A stretch of DNA of 58,813 bases, filler included, from Sphacelaria rigidula (lineage: Eukaryota), in NCBI GenBank assembly GCA_964200075.2. It is 9 parts of 9 records of this genome, joined end to end, with 100 filler letters (N's around TTAATTAATTAA, not from the genome) between each part and the next. Parts side by side here need not be neighbours in the genome. Positions count along the whole stretch, not along the records: positions 6,547 to 12,992 come from CAXNAA020020020.1; positions 13,093 to 19,538 come from CAXNAA020020021.1; positions 19,639 to 26,084 come from CAXNAA020020022.1; 6 more parts are not named here. The stretch is one strand, 5' to 3'. Below are positions 11,220 to 24,341 of the stretch, piece by piece. Under the pieces are notes generated by a model, which saw only the letters and a program-made list of their open reading frames with translations, had not been told where the DNA came from and made no database searches. Positions within the stretch are counted from its first letter, which is position 1; the number at the start of each line of letters is the position of its first letter. A program made the translations under genes and the position numbers.

Positions 11220-12239
11220 GGCAATAAACATACTATGGCACCCGTAAACCTAGCTACTCTCCTTTCCTGTGCTGGGCGGTTGCGGTTTCTTTCTTTGTAC
11301 TTGTGGTGGGTAGTGCCTTACACAGAAGCCAAAATGAATTGGTGATAAAAGTACCACACGAGCATTGTACGGACCACAGTGGCCAGATGCAGACGAGAGA
11401 GCCAGTTCGTCGCCTGCAGGCTTGGTCATTTTGGCGAACGTGACACTTCTGTTCCGAAAATCCGGTCTTTTCGTACACCCGCTATGTTGTGGAGGACAAC
11501 GGAAGTGTATGTATAAATAGACGCTACGAGTAGTCGAGCCGGGTGGGCGATAAAACTAATCCGCGAGTTTTCCCTTGTATCCAATAGGACATTAAATGGT
11601 CCTTGAGGTGCTCAGGAGTAGCCGCAAGATAGTCGTACTGATATTCGGTTCGGCATTTTACTGCCGTGTTTAAGTGTCTCCGGTATGGGGTACCCGGAGA
11701 TTAAGAATGTTTGGTTGAGACCCACTTTCATGGCAAGCACGAATCTTGATTTTTCCAACATCGCCGAGGGGGGGGGGGGAAGGGAACCGGGGTACGCTTT
11801 GTATGGACACGGATTTGGACCGAATCGGCAGCAAAAAAAACAGGGGTCACGACCTCGGAACGGTTTCCACCGATATTAATAAAAAAATCGGGACAAATGG
11901 TTCCGAGATCGTGACTCCCCTCGATTTTTTTGAGTTGACGTACATGCATTGACGTACAAGACTAGAGTACAAGATGTTTGATATTTTTGCAACGGCAGCA
12001 GAAGACAGTCTCGTGACAGCATAGGACGTGCCTACTGCCCGCCCCAACTGCTGAAGCAACTTCGCACGGGGTTTGACAAGCGGATAGTAAGTGCTGACTC
12101 CGTACCCTGCGGCGATATTTATATTTTATGCTGCACTGCGCTGCCATATGTTTCACTACAACGAACGCTACTGTACTCTCCTAGCTGTTGTCGCTATACT
12201 TGAGGGTGATGTACGGCGCTGCACTGCTGAACTCTGCTC

Positions 12240-12585
12240 GCGCACTTTTTGTCCTCTATTCACGCAATACCGACTGCAAAAACGGCTGTGCCATCATGTA
12301 CTACCATACGGCATTATCATCCACTGTACTGATGCCGTGTCGTGCACTGTATTGCCCTCGGGTACCAAGGTACGACACTGTATTCCAAGGATTGTTCACC
12401 GCCTGCCTGCTATTCGGCTTCATGCACAAGTACGCAGTACCACACTGATGTAGAAAATGACCGTCTGTGTACAGGACTGTTTCACAAATCTGTGAAGTAC
12501 TGCCTGTGCCATAAAACGGTCCCCCCGATTTTTCAAAGTCGGGGTCCCGAAAAAATCGAATTTCGTCGCCATAAGAGTGGGTCTG
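12240..12585 (+). repeat. Dispersed repeat, probably a DNA transposon end; second copy at 26185-26577
   Basis: Collinear similarity from cgcacttttt through gtcccgaaaaaatcga...ccataagagtgggtc. Confidence 0.7.
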
Positions 12586-14211
12586 ATATACTGAACAATA
12601 GCGAAATATGTGTAGGACATACCGGTATGGCTCAACAGGGTGTCGAGCCCTGTTCCGAACGCTCCCTATGGTGCGGAAGGGTAATTACCGATAAAATACA
12701 TCCTTGGGCCGTTTCTTCCGGTTGGTTATTTCCCCTCGTTTTTTGCAAAAAATCACGAGGAAAAAATACCACTAGGAGAAAACGATGAGAGATGCTGAGC
12801 CTGCCTTATGGTTCCAGACATATTTTTGATGGGGGGGGGGGGGGTACCAAAAGGACGGTCAGGGGAATTCAAAGGGATGTGCAGGTTAAGGCGAGGTACA
12901 AAGACCTGAAGACTTCGCCATACCAAGCTCCCTGTGTTTGTGCAAGAAGACGTGAAACATAGACCCCCCCCCAATCGCTGCTGGCCCAGCCCNNNNNNNN
13001 NNNNNNNNNNNNNNNNNNNNNNNNNNNNNNNNNNNNTTAATTAATTAANNNNNNNNNNNNNNNNNNNNNNNNNNNNNNNNNNNNNNNNNNNNATCAAAAT
13101 CCCCCCCTGTTTTTTGATCGCTTGGCCGTTTTTTGTTGAAAATCCGTGTTTGGCCAAAAATGAAAGTGCGTCCAGCGGGGAATGCAAAGTTCCCCTGGAA
13201 CGGCCTCAATGAGTAGAGCAAGTCATTCCAAGGCGTCAACATCCGCCTAGCCCTGTTTTCAGGCGTAAAACGACGGAGAAGGGCCAAAAAGGCAGTTTTC
13301 GACTGGAATTTTGAACGGCTTCCATTAGAGTCGGTCTCATGACATTATCTTGTTGAAATTTCGAACGCCCACAACGTATTTCTTTTCTTTTTTTTCTGGT
13401 CACGTGATCTTCTGCATTTCGATCATAAGAAGCTTCTGTCAAAATTTCAGCGTCCAACGCCTAATATCGCGCCATGCGTCGCCTGAGTGAGAAAACCACC
13501 CATTGTTGGCTGGCCCAGCTCGTATGGCAAGGTAGTATAACCCGGGGCTGATGGGTTGAGCCGTTGAGATTTCGGATTCATCTCGAGAAAAATAGACGAG
13601 TTGATACGGTACTAAGTACTACTATATGTACACACACAAGTATATACTTATATATAATGATATATAGTGCCATTGGCCTGCAGTCGGGCTGTAATGAGGC
13701 GCATGAGGTGGATGTCTTGACCTCGTTTTTCCTTGGGAAGCTGATGAAGCGATTCTACACGGTTCAGGGTGTTTTTACGGCAACCTCCCGCAGCTTTTAT
13801 GATTTTGGGTTCCCCATGCCGTGTCGTTATCCAATAGACCTGGTGCGGCCACGGGGATGTGATTGAATACCAACTATGGGTAGGGCGAAGATAAAAAATG
13901 ATTCGCGGAACGTACTGGTCTTCACCACTTTTGATCAGCTACACGCTGAGCGGGTTATCATTACCATGGCTTCAACATAAAATTGGTCGTAAACATGGTG
14001 ACGACGTGTTTTATTAATGATGTGCATCGTCGACCAAGGATTTTTCGACCAATCAGATTCCTCCCACGGAAAAAAAACAACCAATGATGAAACTGTGGAG
14101 GCAGATTCATTTTTCTGTAGATGACCTCTGAGTGGTGTTCAGTTTTCATATTTTTTATTGTGTCCCCAACTGTAATGTCATCCGCCACGCTGTTTCACTT
14201 GTTTCGCGTAG

Positions 14212-14333
14212 GAGTACAAATCTTTGGCCCAGAGCCTGACGGACACCAAGTTCAGCAGAGCCAACCGCGATGCTACGTTGGAGCTGTACCAAGGCCTCTT
14301 CGATGATGTTGTGGACAGCATCACTCGATCTAG
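14212..14333 (+). CDS. Isolated internal exon of an unknown protein
   Basis: Acceptor tttcgcgtag, open frame EYKSLAQSLTDTKFSRANRDATLELYQGLFDDVVDSITRS, donor gtgagt. Confidence 0.55.
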
Positions 14334-14379
14334 GTGAGTTCCAAAGATGGATATATATATATATGTATATACATTCTTC

Positions 14380-14530
14380 ACTTTCCTTCAGCGGGTGGTT
14401 CCGTTTTGTTTATGTCTCGGGTACGTCTATCATGTGGATAATGGAGGATGACCACGGGTGGATCATGACTCCTGGGGGATCAGTTAGAGCGCAACAATCA
14501 ATCGAATCGAATCGAATCAAATCAAATCAA
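14380..14530 (+). repeat. Retroposon 3'-end family with a (CAAT)n tail (copies at about 15637-15770(-), 19230-19345, 30695-30812, 42505-42625(-), 50870-50938)
   Basis: Shared core acgtctatcatgtgaccacggctggat...cctggggggtcagttaaagtgcgacaatcaatcaat. Confidence 0.7.
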
Positions 14531-15644
14531 TATATGTATGTATTCAATACCTTCAGTATGTGGGCGGCCGGCTGATGACATGTTTCTCACAAGCTAGTAT
14601 GAAGCGCTACACGCACCAGACTCTCACCTCTTCCGTATATGTGTTTCATACCTGTACGCTTTCAACGCTTCCCCTTACTGGGGTAGGGATGCGAGGTCAA
14701 GGGTCTTATGACGGCGGGATGCAAGATCATGACTACACGCCCCCCCCCCCCCCCCCCCCCCCCCGCCCCCCGCGCCGCGCGAGACGACACCAGTACGTCC
14801 GCCCCACCAACGCGCCGCTCCCTGCTGGGNNNNNNNNNNGGAAGGGTGTTTTGAGGGCGGGGGAGAAACATATCACTACCCCCCCCCCCCCCCCCCCCCC
14901 CTCCTCGGTACGAGTTTGTCGTCTGAAGGGATCGGTTCATCTCTCCCCCCGGTACACGCCTTGCATTATGGGATCGCGGATTGGATCATGACCATTAGCA
15001 CTCCCGCACCGCGCGTATCGCGTCGACAGTCGTCCAATGCAATCTATTTGCTACTCACATCATCATCTTTTGACGACGGAAATCAGATGCGGCTAAACAG
15101 TTGTTGAATTTTTGTCAGGATCCGAAATCAGTTATCGTCTCCACCGTAGCCAGCGATTGGTGTGTACCAATCACATCGCCGAGGCGCGGTCGAACATTTG
15201 TATCATGTTGCTATGTGTACCAGTATGAATGTACCGCGCACCGGTGGTCTGAATAAAAGTGATGCAACTGAAGATTGGGGGGGGGGGGGGGGCAGGGGGG
15301 GGGTGGGGGCCCCGAGAGAGGGGGGGGGGGACTTAGTTGGGAAGAGCNNNNNNNNNNTTTTTTTTGTGTTTCTGGGTGTCAGGGTGGCGGGTGCGGGGCG
15401 GGGGGGGGGGGATAAGAGGGGGGGGGATGGGGGGGGGGGGGGGGGGGGGGCAGAGTGAGGGTTCGAGTCCCAGCAGATGGATGTCGGTACTTTTTCTGGA
15501 CAATAACCGATTTCTGATTTCTGATTTCTGTCCTTGGAGACGGGAGGACATGAGTAGCAGAGAAAAACGTATCGTGCTAGAGGTTACACGGTGCAAGAGT
15601 CTTGATCCAACCCGTAGCACCAAAGTTTAAGGCGTGTTGGTTGG

Positions 15645-15676
<32 letters not shown>

Positions 15677-15989
15677 CGCACTTTAGCTAGCCCCCCAGGG
15701 GTCATGATCCAGCCGTGGTCACATGATAGACGTACCCAAGACCAAACAAAACTGAAAACACTCGCTGAAGAAAAAAGAACAGAAAGGATCGAACGTGTAC
15801 GGAGGAAAATATGGTTCAAGCCTTGAAGACTACAAAAGACTGCAAACAGTCCCGAGGAAGGGGATAGTTGAAGGCACGGCGGAATAAGAAGCGAAAGATT
15901 ACTCTCACCTGCTTCACCCTCTCTTCTCCCCCCAAAAAAACAAAAAATAAAATAAAATAAGAATCGTTTGAGCGCTGTCAAGGTTGAGA

Positions 15990-18100
15990 TGACCCCGTGA
16001 TATTGAAACGAGATACATCGTCACACAGGTGTCAGCACGAAAAGTGCTTGCTTCCTTTTCGATGACAGGTTAGATAACGATATTGATGAGGCCTAGTATC
16101 ACGATTCTGATACGTGGACCTGCAGTGCTGTTCGAGTCAAGGCTTATTGAGGTGTGCTGTGTATTCATTTTCAACACAATGGTTGGGGCGGGGGGCGGGG
16201 GTGATGCGCGTCTCGTTTTATGGCAGGGGCTTCAAGAGTAAGGAAGAGGTGTACGAGATGGTGGATGCTTGCCCGATGGGAGCCGAAGAAGCACTCGCCA
16301 GGAAACTTGTTGACGGTGTGTGGAGCTACGCATGGATAAACCATGATTCTGAACACGGCGTCCAACGTCTGATCCCGAAATCGGGGACTCACTTCCGACT
16401 TTGTATTAGCCTAAAGCGTGCTGCAATCGTTTCCAAATGTCAGTCGGCCCTAGTACTGCCACTTTGTGCCTTCTAGACTAGAGTCCCGTGTTGCATCACC
16501 GCTTCTATGGTCATGACGTCTTCCAGTTGGTTTTTTCTTGTCGTGGATATAACTGCCGCCTTTCCCACGACGAGTAGATAAACCGGAGGGATCAACCCAT
16601 CTCTCCTACGGTATGTGCCCTTACATGTCATCACTATCGAGCACTGGATCATGACCACCAGCACTCTCGCAGCCCGTCACCGGCTTTCATCAAATCAACT
16701 ATGGTTTTTCACGCCTCGCTCTCACGTTTCAAGGGCGACAGACAACAACAAGCATGACTACTGCCAGAATGCGAGCCAATCGAAATAGCGTAAGGCTGTG
16801 TATCAGTAGTCGATAGTGTCAAGTATTACCATATTGTCGTTACCGGCTGTGGAAGCACGAAACAATAGTCATTATCCAGTCAATACAAGTGGGCTTGCGA
16901 CTTCGTGGCTCGTGGTCCACCCTCGCCTAGTACCCAATTGCGCAATTACCGATATTCTCGGGGTAAAGGTGGTGATTAGGCTCCGTAGATCTCCCGATAC
17001 ATTGAAGATCCTATCGATACAAAACCCTGCACGTTGACCACGAGCGCGCGGCGGCGAACCTTGCTCGTCCGGACTTGCGTGCAGGTATCATGTATCCCTT
17101 TGAGCTCGATGACATGGTGTCCGGTCTACTCAAGGGCTCAGGAACAACGGCAAAGACCGACAAGAATATTGCGGTCCCTGGCAAGCCTGCGCCGACACGT
17201 GTGTCTATGGGCCGGTATATTCAACACGTGAGGTACGATAATGTGTGGGTCGGCCAATGCCGAGTGTTTCGAAATGACGAAAAAACTAACAGCTAGGGTA
17301 TGACAGCCAAAGTCTTGTTCAGGTCTGACTGCAAACACCGATTAGTTTGCAGTCGGATTTAACGATGACGTCGCCTGTCATACTCTAGCTGTTTGTGTTC
17401 CATCTATCCAATTTCACTTCGTTCTTTTTCATGGCTTACTGTAAATGTAGTCGTGTTTTTTTCGGGGGGTCCCGCTCTGCATTATTTTCATCTTGAACCG
17501 TTACACCTAATATATGAATGCGGTGCGGATTGTGCTTGTGCTGGTTCTGTAGATACCCCTAGCTGGATGGTCGACAACCAAACGTCTGTCGCTACAGAAA
17601 CCCACGGCGAGGTTGGATAATGGTACGCCGCGCCGGAGTGGCCAAGCGTGCCGACAAGTAGCCAGGGAGTCTCACATTATGGCTCGCCACTTGCTTGAGA
17701 GGGTTTTGGTGGTTGCCTAGATGGCACGAGGTAAAGCCGGTCCGAGGTTTGTTGAACGTGAGGTTCGATGTTCTGAAATGACGCTGTGCTGGCGTGACTT
17801 TCCAGATGCGGGCATTTTCCGCGGGGGCTTGAACCGCAGAGGGTAGATTTGATAGCGCACACCGCCGTGTGTCTCTTGTACTGCGAGTCGTGAGCAGCGC
17901 AGTGACTTTGGCTGGGATCGCGTACAAGCGGACTCGCTCAGTGGGTGAGACAGACATCTTCGTGGTGGACAGAAGAGATGCTCAGGCCTCATCGCTGGTG
18001 TCACTCTTTTTTTTTTTTGCTGACTACCTCCTTGCTCTTGTCAGTCTTGTGTTGTTTTTGGAGTTTGCACGGGTGGTTGGAGTAGGATGCCGTATCCCAG
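15990..18100 (-). mobile_element. Possible heavily decayed non-LTR retrotransposon relic
   Basis: Fragmentary minus-strand motifs (LDSDD, KKTNW, SNSTAGP) in LINE-like order; no intact ORF. Confidence 0.25.
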
Positions 18101-18164
18101 GGCGGCCTAAGCCTCCATGGTATTTGCAATACCGAGTGTCCTGGGGTACCTGCTGCCACAACCC

Positions 18165-18460
18165 GGTGGTCTAGTGGTCGAATTTCCACCAGCAGGTTGA
18201 AAAAAAGCCGGTTCGATCTCCGGGCAGATGTATCTTGTTTTTTTTTCTAGGGAGTATCTGACCCGCATTGTGGATAACGTGAGAACGTGAGAAGCAAAGG
18301 GAGTATTTGACGCGAGTCCACGCGGTGCTTGAGTGTTTGGTCATGATCCAATTCGCGAGACCAAAATGTGAGGCCGTGTGTCGGGAGAGAGGTAAGTTGA
18401 TCTCTCGAGATGGCGGACTCGGCCCGGCAAAGGGGGAGGCTTGAAAATGTTGCGGAAAGG
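18165..18460 (+). mobile_element. Second tRNA-like SINE family (related copies at about 48530-48840 and 15437-15625)
   Basis: gtggtcgaat...ggttcga boxes and shared body cgcggtgc...gatccaat.cgcga...ggagag..g.gttgatc.c.tgagat. Confidence 0.5.
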
Positions 18461-20183
18461 AGAGAAGTATTCACTGGTCGGGAAGCTGACGAGCGAACTC
18501 AGTTACGTGGTATAACTCGGCCAGCGGGAAAAAGAATGCCGCTGAGTTATACCGTATTTCTGAGTTATACCGTATTACTCAGTACGGAGTTAAACGAACA
18601 TGAGTCAACTCGAGGTTCGAGTGAGGTGAGTTGAGTTTCCCGACTTGTGGAGATGTTAAGCCGTATCAGTGCCGTGCCCTGCCGGAATATTTTCCTGCTT
18701 TGACGACACTACGATGAAGACTATGATAATGTCGCGGAACGCTGACGCCAGGAACGCGTTCTCCACACACCCTTGTACGTGTGTGCGCTCGTGCCTCGTT
18801 GTTTACCGGCACAGGGCCAAGAAGGCGGTCGCACAGCGGACTGTCGGCAAAAAGGTACAGTAAGCAGGAGGCGCTGATCGTTGCAATAGAGTGTGTTCAT
18901 CCGCGCGCAGGGTACGTGAATGCGGCGGATCTTTCGGTGTTATTGATACGTGATCAATAGTCCCGTAAGAAGCAATTGTTTTTTGTTCCGTAGTACGTGT
19001 CCAGGCGTAAATGTCGCCCTACCTATTGTTTTGGAAGGTGAAACTATGCGCGATAAACAAGCTGTTGTACTTTGCCTATCGTTGTTATAGATGCACTCAA
19101 GTTTGTTTTTTTCAGATCGGCCATTTTTTTTTGCGTTGCTTTTGTTTCATGTTTATTCATTTATTTATTTTTCACGTATTAGTCTATGTCGTTATGGTCG
19201 ACTTTTTATTTTCCTTCTTTTTTCTTCAGCGATTGTTTTCAGTTTTGTTTTTTCTTGGGCACGTCTGTCATGTGACCACAGCTGGATCCCTGGGGGGTCA
19301 GTTAAAGTGCGACAATCAATCAATGAACCAATCAACCAACCAATCGGTCGAAAAAAATAATAATAATCTCATGGCTTTCACACGTGTTGTCGCCGGCAAA
19401 AGATCGACCCGGGGATTCAATTGGATGTCACGGTTCAGTCTGGCTTATCTTGTAAAGCTTACCAGGGTCGGACAAATAATGATTCGTCTGGAAATTACTT
19501 GGTTTTAGTATAATGAGTCGACTCGTGACGAATAAATCNNNNNNNNNNNNNNNNNNNNNNNNNNNNNNNNNNNNNNNNNNNNTTAATTAATTAANNNNNN
19601 NNNNNNNNNNNNNNNNNNNNNNNNNNNNNNNNNNNNNNTCGGACTGCAGCGCAAAACTTCGCAGAGCTGCCCTGTGAGCACGCCGTGGCGCTCGCAAGCG
19701 TGCGAGAGTCGGCAGCAACCTTGCTAGTGACAACCTGGGCCATGTCGCACAGTGATAAGCACCGCGTGGGTCAGCGGTGCCCGTCTTCTTAGACGGTGTG
19801 TGCGTCGACAGCAGAGGTTGAGCTGTTGGGTTCAAGTAAGGTGGTCGCCGTTTGCGGAAATGCGCACTTTCGAAGTGAAGAGCAGAAACAATCCAGCAGC
19901 GACCTATTTGCCTGCAGTGCTGCTACGAGTGTATGCCATCGCACCGCCTGCAAAGTCTATAGCTGGCGGTGTGGTGGGTGTATGTATCTACGCATAAAAC
20001 TGGCAGAAGGCAGGCGTAAACTTTGCACTGAGCCTTCAACAGTCGGTATCTTTATTTCTTGTGCGTGCCGCTTCCGGGCCCTTCTTCTGTAGCGAACCAA
20101 TGAATCAACCCGGTCGATATCTACATTCATGTTCACTGTGTATACCTTTCGATTGCACTCCACGCAGGCGGAAGGTGTCAACC

Positions 20184-20425
20184 ATGGGCCGATCGTTCGG
20201 TATACCATGGTTTGTGCTTGTGATCACAGCGGTGCTGTTGTGGCTAGCTTCGGGGGAAAGACACACGAAGCACAGCAACAGGAGAACGCCGAAGGACGGG
20301 TGGTCGCTCGACCACATAAAAAAGCTAGCATTCGACCCGAGGATCGAAGAGGTCCTCCAAAACCTCCATGCGACCCACCGGTCCTGGTCACCGTCGTCCG
20401 GCAGCGGTGCGGACAATGCGATGAA
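20184..20425 (+). CDS. Signal-peptide-bearing protein of unknown function, exon 1
   Basis: accATGG context; MGRSFGIPWFVLVITAVLLWLASG signal peptide; ends ATG AA|gtgagt (phase 2). Confidence 0.65.
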
Positions 20426-20859
20426 GTGAGTTCTTGCGAAGGAAATACTACGAAACGGGTGACGCGGCGCTTGGACAAGTGTTCCGCGCCCGCATGTGTG
20501 TATGTTGTGCGCGCTAGTATGTGGGTATGTACTATCTGTACATGACTCAAAACCTTGGTTTACTGTAACTCGATACCGCTCTGTTCATCGACTGTTGTTA
20601 CTTGCCCCGAATACATTTATTTGTTGGCAAACGCCGCGCGTTGGTGGGCGGCGGCTGCTGCTGCTCCTAGGTACTCGGAATCTGACGTTGTGTGACAATG
20701 ATCTGTGGTCTTCAACCAATTTTCAACCAGCGAATGACTATGTATGATGCGCTGGATATCAGCACCTTCGCAGTTTTCTTCATTGAATCACCGATCCACT
20801 AGCAGCTCCCCCCCCTCCCCTCTTTTGACTCGTCGTTCGTGTGCCTTCCGTCCGGATAA

Positions 20860-21338
20860 AGTGCTAGCGAATAGGCACAACCATGGGGCAATTGCTGACG
20901 GTCTGAGCCTCATTGATCACATACGTGCCTGCTCTGTTTTGCCCGTCCACACGACGGTGTCCGGCATCTCTTGTGCCCCATGTCTCTAAACACGAAAATA
21001 TCAGGATTGAAGAAATGCTAGATGTTGTGACCCCGGCTCATGCTGTACGGGCAGCAATCTTCACAATTACGGATGCATCTCAGTTGACCGCGTTTGTCTA
21101 CGCCAGCACCATAACGGCGCGTACAATCGCAGGTTGCACGTGTCGTTTCCGGCGCTAGCGTGTGCGAAGACGGTCAGGAGCGATGCATGTGTCATATTGT
21201 AGATCGCGGCGCGGACAGTATGGGCCAAAGTCGCATCCATCACTTCTTCGATCCTATACTTTTCGTGTTTAGAGGCATGGGGCAAAAGAGATGCGAGACA
21301 CCGTCGTGTGGACGGACAGAACGGGACAGGCACGTATG
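20860..21338. repeat. Two inverted, facing copies of a 200-250 bp coding-like repeat; third and longer copy at 22483-23100
   Basis: All copies translate to FCPSTRRC.ASL.PH.SKHE..RIEE..D...A..VRAAI....AS.LTAF. Confidence 0.85.
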
Positions 21339-21339
21339 C

Positions 21340-22458
21340 GTTCCACCATTACCCCAACCAGCGCCTGCAGATTCGCCGTGCGGTCCAGCATCTACACATT
21401 CGCCGTGCCGCCAGGCTGGCGCACCAGGCCACTTGAATCTCCTAGCCTGCATGCCTGATCGCGTAAGCAGATACACGCTTTAGCGGCCGGGCCGCGTCTG
21501 CGACACTACCCCTAGCCGCCGCGTCGGGCAAAGTCCCATCGACGGAGCTGCTGATAGAACCCGTTCCTGGTGTGACAGAGCGACCTCCTGGTGAAATAGA
21601 GCCAGCCCGTGGTGGGGCCAACCGGCTCAACACTTCCTCCACCCGACATATCACCGCGTTGTTCGCGAGTTGCATCGCCAGACTTTCTGTAACCGCAATG
21701 GTATCGTCCGGTCTTTTCTCTATCCGATCGACATGGTTGCCCACGTTTTCCAGATAGTCGCTCAATTCACGAGCCTGATTATCCAACGTGTCGAAGGCCC
21801 ACAGCTCTCCCCTCCTCGGTTGAACTCGACACGATCCGCTCCGACGGTGAAGAACCGCCATCGCCTGGAACTGACGCAGAACGTTTCCCCTGTATTAACT
21901 CCAAGGACGTGGACGTGGGCTCCTTCTGGGCGATATACCTCTGGGAAGTGTTACTCTCTCCCACTAACGTTTGTCCTGTCCGCCCACCCCCGGCGTCTGA
22001 TCTGGTGATGCCACTTGTGCCGCATGTGGATCACAAGAAAAACTCCATGGACGTGGACGTAGGCTCCTTCTGGGTGGTATACCTCCGGGAGGTGTTGCTC
22101 TCTCCCACTAACGTTGGCCCTGTCCGCCCACCCCGGCGGTCAGATTTGGTGTTGCCACTTGTGCCGCATGTGGATCACAGGAAAAACTCAGGCCCCGAAA
22201 ACTCAAAACCTCAGACAAAACCTCAGACAACAAAGATTCGAGATGCTATCACCAACTGTTGTAGTCGTACCACACCCGTCTCCCGGATCTCACAAACTTC
22301 GACTTTAATCCACACCCCGTCATTGTCGCTTAACCGTAATAGATGCGCTTGGCCTTGCAACTCACTGCTTCAATCACACTAAACTGTCCCACCTGACTGA
22401 TCACACAGGCAATTGCGCAGGCCAACGTGTGTTCTAGAAACCGCAATCGCCATAAACA
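21340..22458 (-). mobile_element. Truncated LTR retrotransposon 5' end (LTR, PBS-like site, gag-like fragment)
   Basis: 22257-22458 is bounded by TGTT...AACA; on the minus strand it is followed after 2 nt by TGGTGATAGCATC; downstream helical ORF 21442-21861. Confidence 0.55.
21897..22189. repeat. Tandem duplication of a 144-bp unit
   Basis: aactcca.ggacgtggacgt.ggctccttctggg...gtgccgcatgtggatcaca.gaaa occurs twice. Confidence 0.9.
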
Positions 22459-22537
22459 TCTGGGAATTTTCGTCCAGAGCTGGTGCTAGCGAGTAGGCAC
22501 AATCATGGGGCAATTGTTGACGGATTGAGCCTCATCG

Positions 22538-23100
22538 ATGGCATATGTGTCTGCCTCGTTCTGCCCGTCCACACGACGGTGCGCCGCATCTCTTTTGCCC
22601 CATACCTCTTAACACGAAAATTTCAGGATCGAAGAAGTGATGGATGCGACTCCGGCCGATACCATCCGCGCCGCGATTTACGACGTAAAACATGCATCGC
22701 TTTTGACCGCCTTTGCAGAGGTCAGCGCCGGAAACGGCACGTGCAACCTGCGCACGTGCGGAGGTGACGGCGGACGATCGTCGTGTATCATGAGCTGCGA
22801 TACGACAAACGCTCTCCTATTTGGCAAACGCCCGGTGTCCGGCGCTTGCCATGCGTTGTGCACCTTGGCAGCGGAGCCGTGCCGCAGGTCAGGTGTCGTT
22901 GCACGCTTGACAGACACTCGTACAGTATACAAACTCCGCTTTCAGTGGTGATGGTTTTTTGCTCATTCCTTCGTTTGTCTAGATGGCCGCGTTCCTCTCA
23001 TCAGGTCTGAAATGGGAATATCGGGGCGGCTGATACGACTAGATAGAGTAACTGTAGCGCGCGTCACATCACGTTCAGGGAAGACTATACGCGCAAGTAG
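22538..23100 (+). pseudogene. Degenerate PLD-superfamily (Nuc/Zucchini-like) domain
   Basis: TIRAAIYDVKHASLLTAFAEVSAGNG, then H-S-F-V-C-L-D-GRVPLI-R-S (resembles HxKxxxxDx6GSxN with K lost), then FREDYTRK* after a frameshift. Confidence 0.35.
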
Positions 23101-23701
23101 TCCGGAAGAAGGATGCCCCGCGTTACCTTTGCGCTGCTGCGTCGATGATGCTACCCGCCTCTGCGCATGCGGTATTGTGGGATGAACAACGCATACATGA
23201 CGGTTAATTTTACCGCTACTGTCGAAGGCGCAATCACTCCACTATATCCCATCACGTACAACGGGGCTTGATGCGAGTGCGCCTCTCACCAAGGCGAAAA
23301 GCCGCTTTCTGATGTAACGCTTCGTGAACTTCCTCTTTCCCAACTCTGTTCATGTTCGTGGTTGATGGAGTGATCGGATTGATTATCGCACATTGAGTGG
23401 TCTGACCGCCGAGGTCATTCAAAAGCCTCGCTCACTATCCACAAAATAGACGTACGAAATGTGAACAAAATGGAAACTGTCGCTGCCTGGAGGAAGTCGA
23501 GAAAACGCAGAGACAAAGATCGAAAACCGGGGAGACGTAGCAAGAATGAGGGGCCAACCACACACACACAAAAATGCACTTGAATATTATCACACAAAAT
23601 GAAAGGAACGGAACGAAACGGAGAGATGAACGATAACCGATCTCGATGGTAATAATTGTGTAGAGTATAACCAAAAACTGGGTGTGCACAAACACGTGCA
23701 G

Positions 23702-23828
23702 GTGCACCCCGACTTGGATGAGCATGCTGAACGATCGGGTGAGCATCCTCGCCTCGAAGTCTGACTACATCGTGAAATACTTGACTATCATCTGCACGGA
23801 CGCCATCACCAGACTTCTTCACAAACGG
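23702..23828 (+). CDS. Probable exon 2 of the gene starting at 20184
   Basis: gtgcag| acceptor phase-compatible with exon 1 (AA+G=K), CTPTWMSMLNDRVSILASKSDYIVKYLTIICTDAITRLLHKR, donor gtgagt. Confidence 0.6.
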
Positions 23829-24341
23829 GTGAGTTATGTTTTGCATCTGCATCTACTGCGCTCAAATTTGGAACGTTAGATGAAGACATGCTTGTCAGGG
23901 TTAAGCAGCGCTGTATGTATGCCTGGTGAGTTGTGCTTGTGCCTTGCGGTCCGATGTCATTCGCCCAAGAGCATTGATTGGTGCCGCACAGCTGCAGCGG
24001 AGTTGTGCGACAACGTGCCGTTGTGCTCATGGTTGTGAAGTTGATTGGCTGCATTGATTTTCGTCCGGAAAATGATCTGCTCCGAATTCAGCTATGGTCG
24101 CGATGCCGACGGACACAACAAGGTGGTCGACTGAACGGAAACCCTCGTTCAAGACAGCTGGGAGAAACGGGGAACATGAAAAATAAAGAAGGGTGAATAT
24201 ATAGAGTAAACCTAAATGGGGGCCAGGGTGAGAACTATTTACACTACCTGAATCGGAAAACAAGCGCGGAAAACAAACCTGGCAGGCCCTCACCAGGGCT
24301 CCGGGTCGCAGGTCGAACTATACCAGGGTTGCGACTCAGCT

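Noticed and set aside
10919..14333. Exon 14212-14333 as a continuation of the cNMP-binding gene
   Set aside because: Separated by an artificial spacer and the splice phases do not match
14740..15452. Poly-Pro/poly-Gly ORFs and G-quadruplex-like runs
   Set aside because: Homopolymer runs next to small N gaps; likely low-quality sequence
20860..22790. Penelope pseudo-LTRs or DIRS split repeats with a hammerhead ribozyme
   Set aside because: No CTGANGA...GAAA hammerhead core, RT, GIY-YIG or tyrosine recombinase was seen
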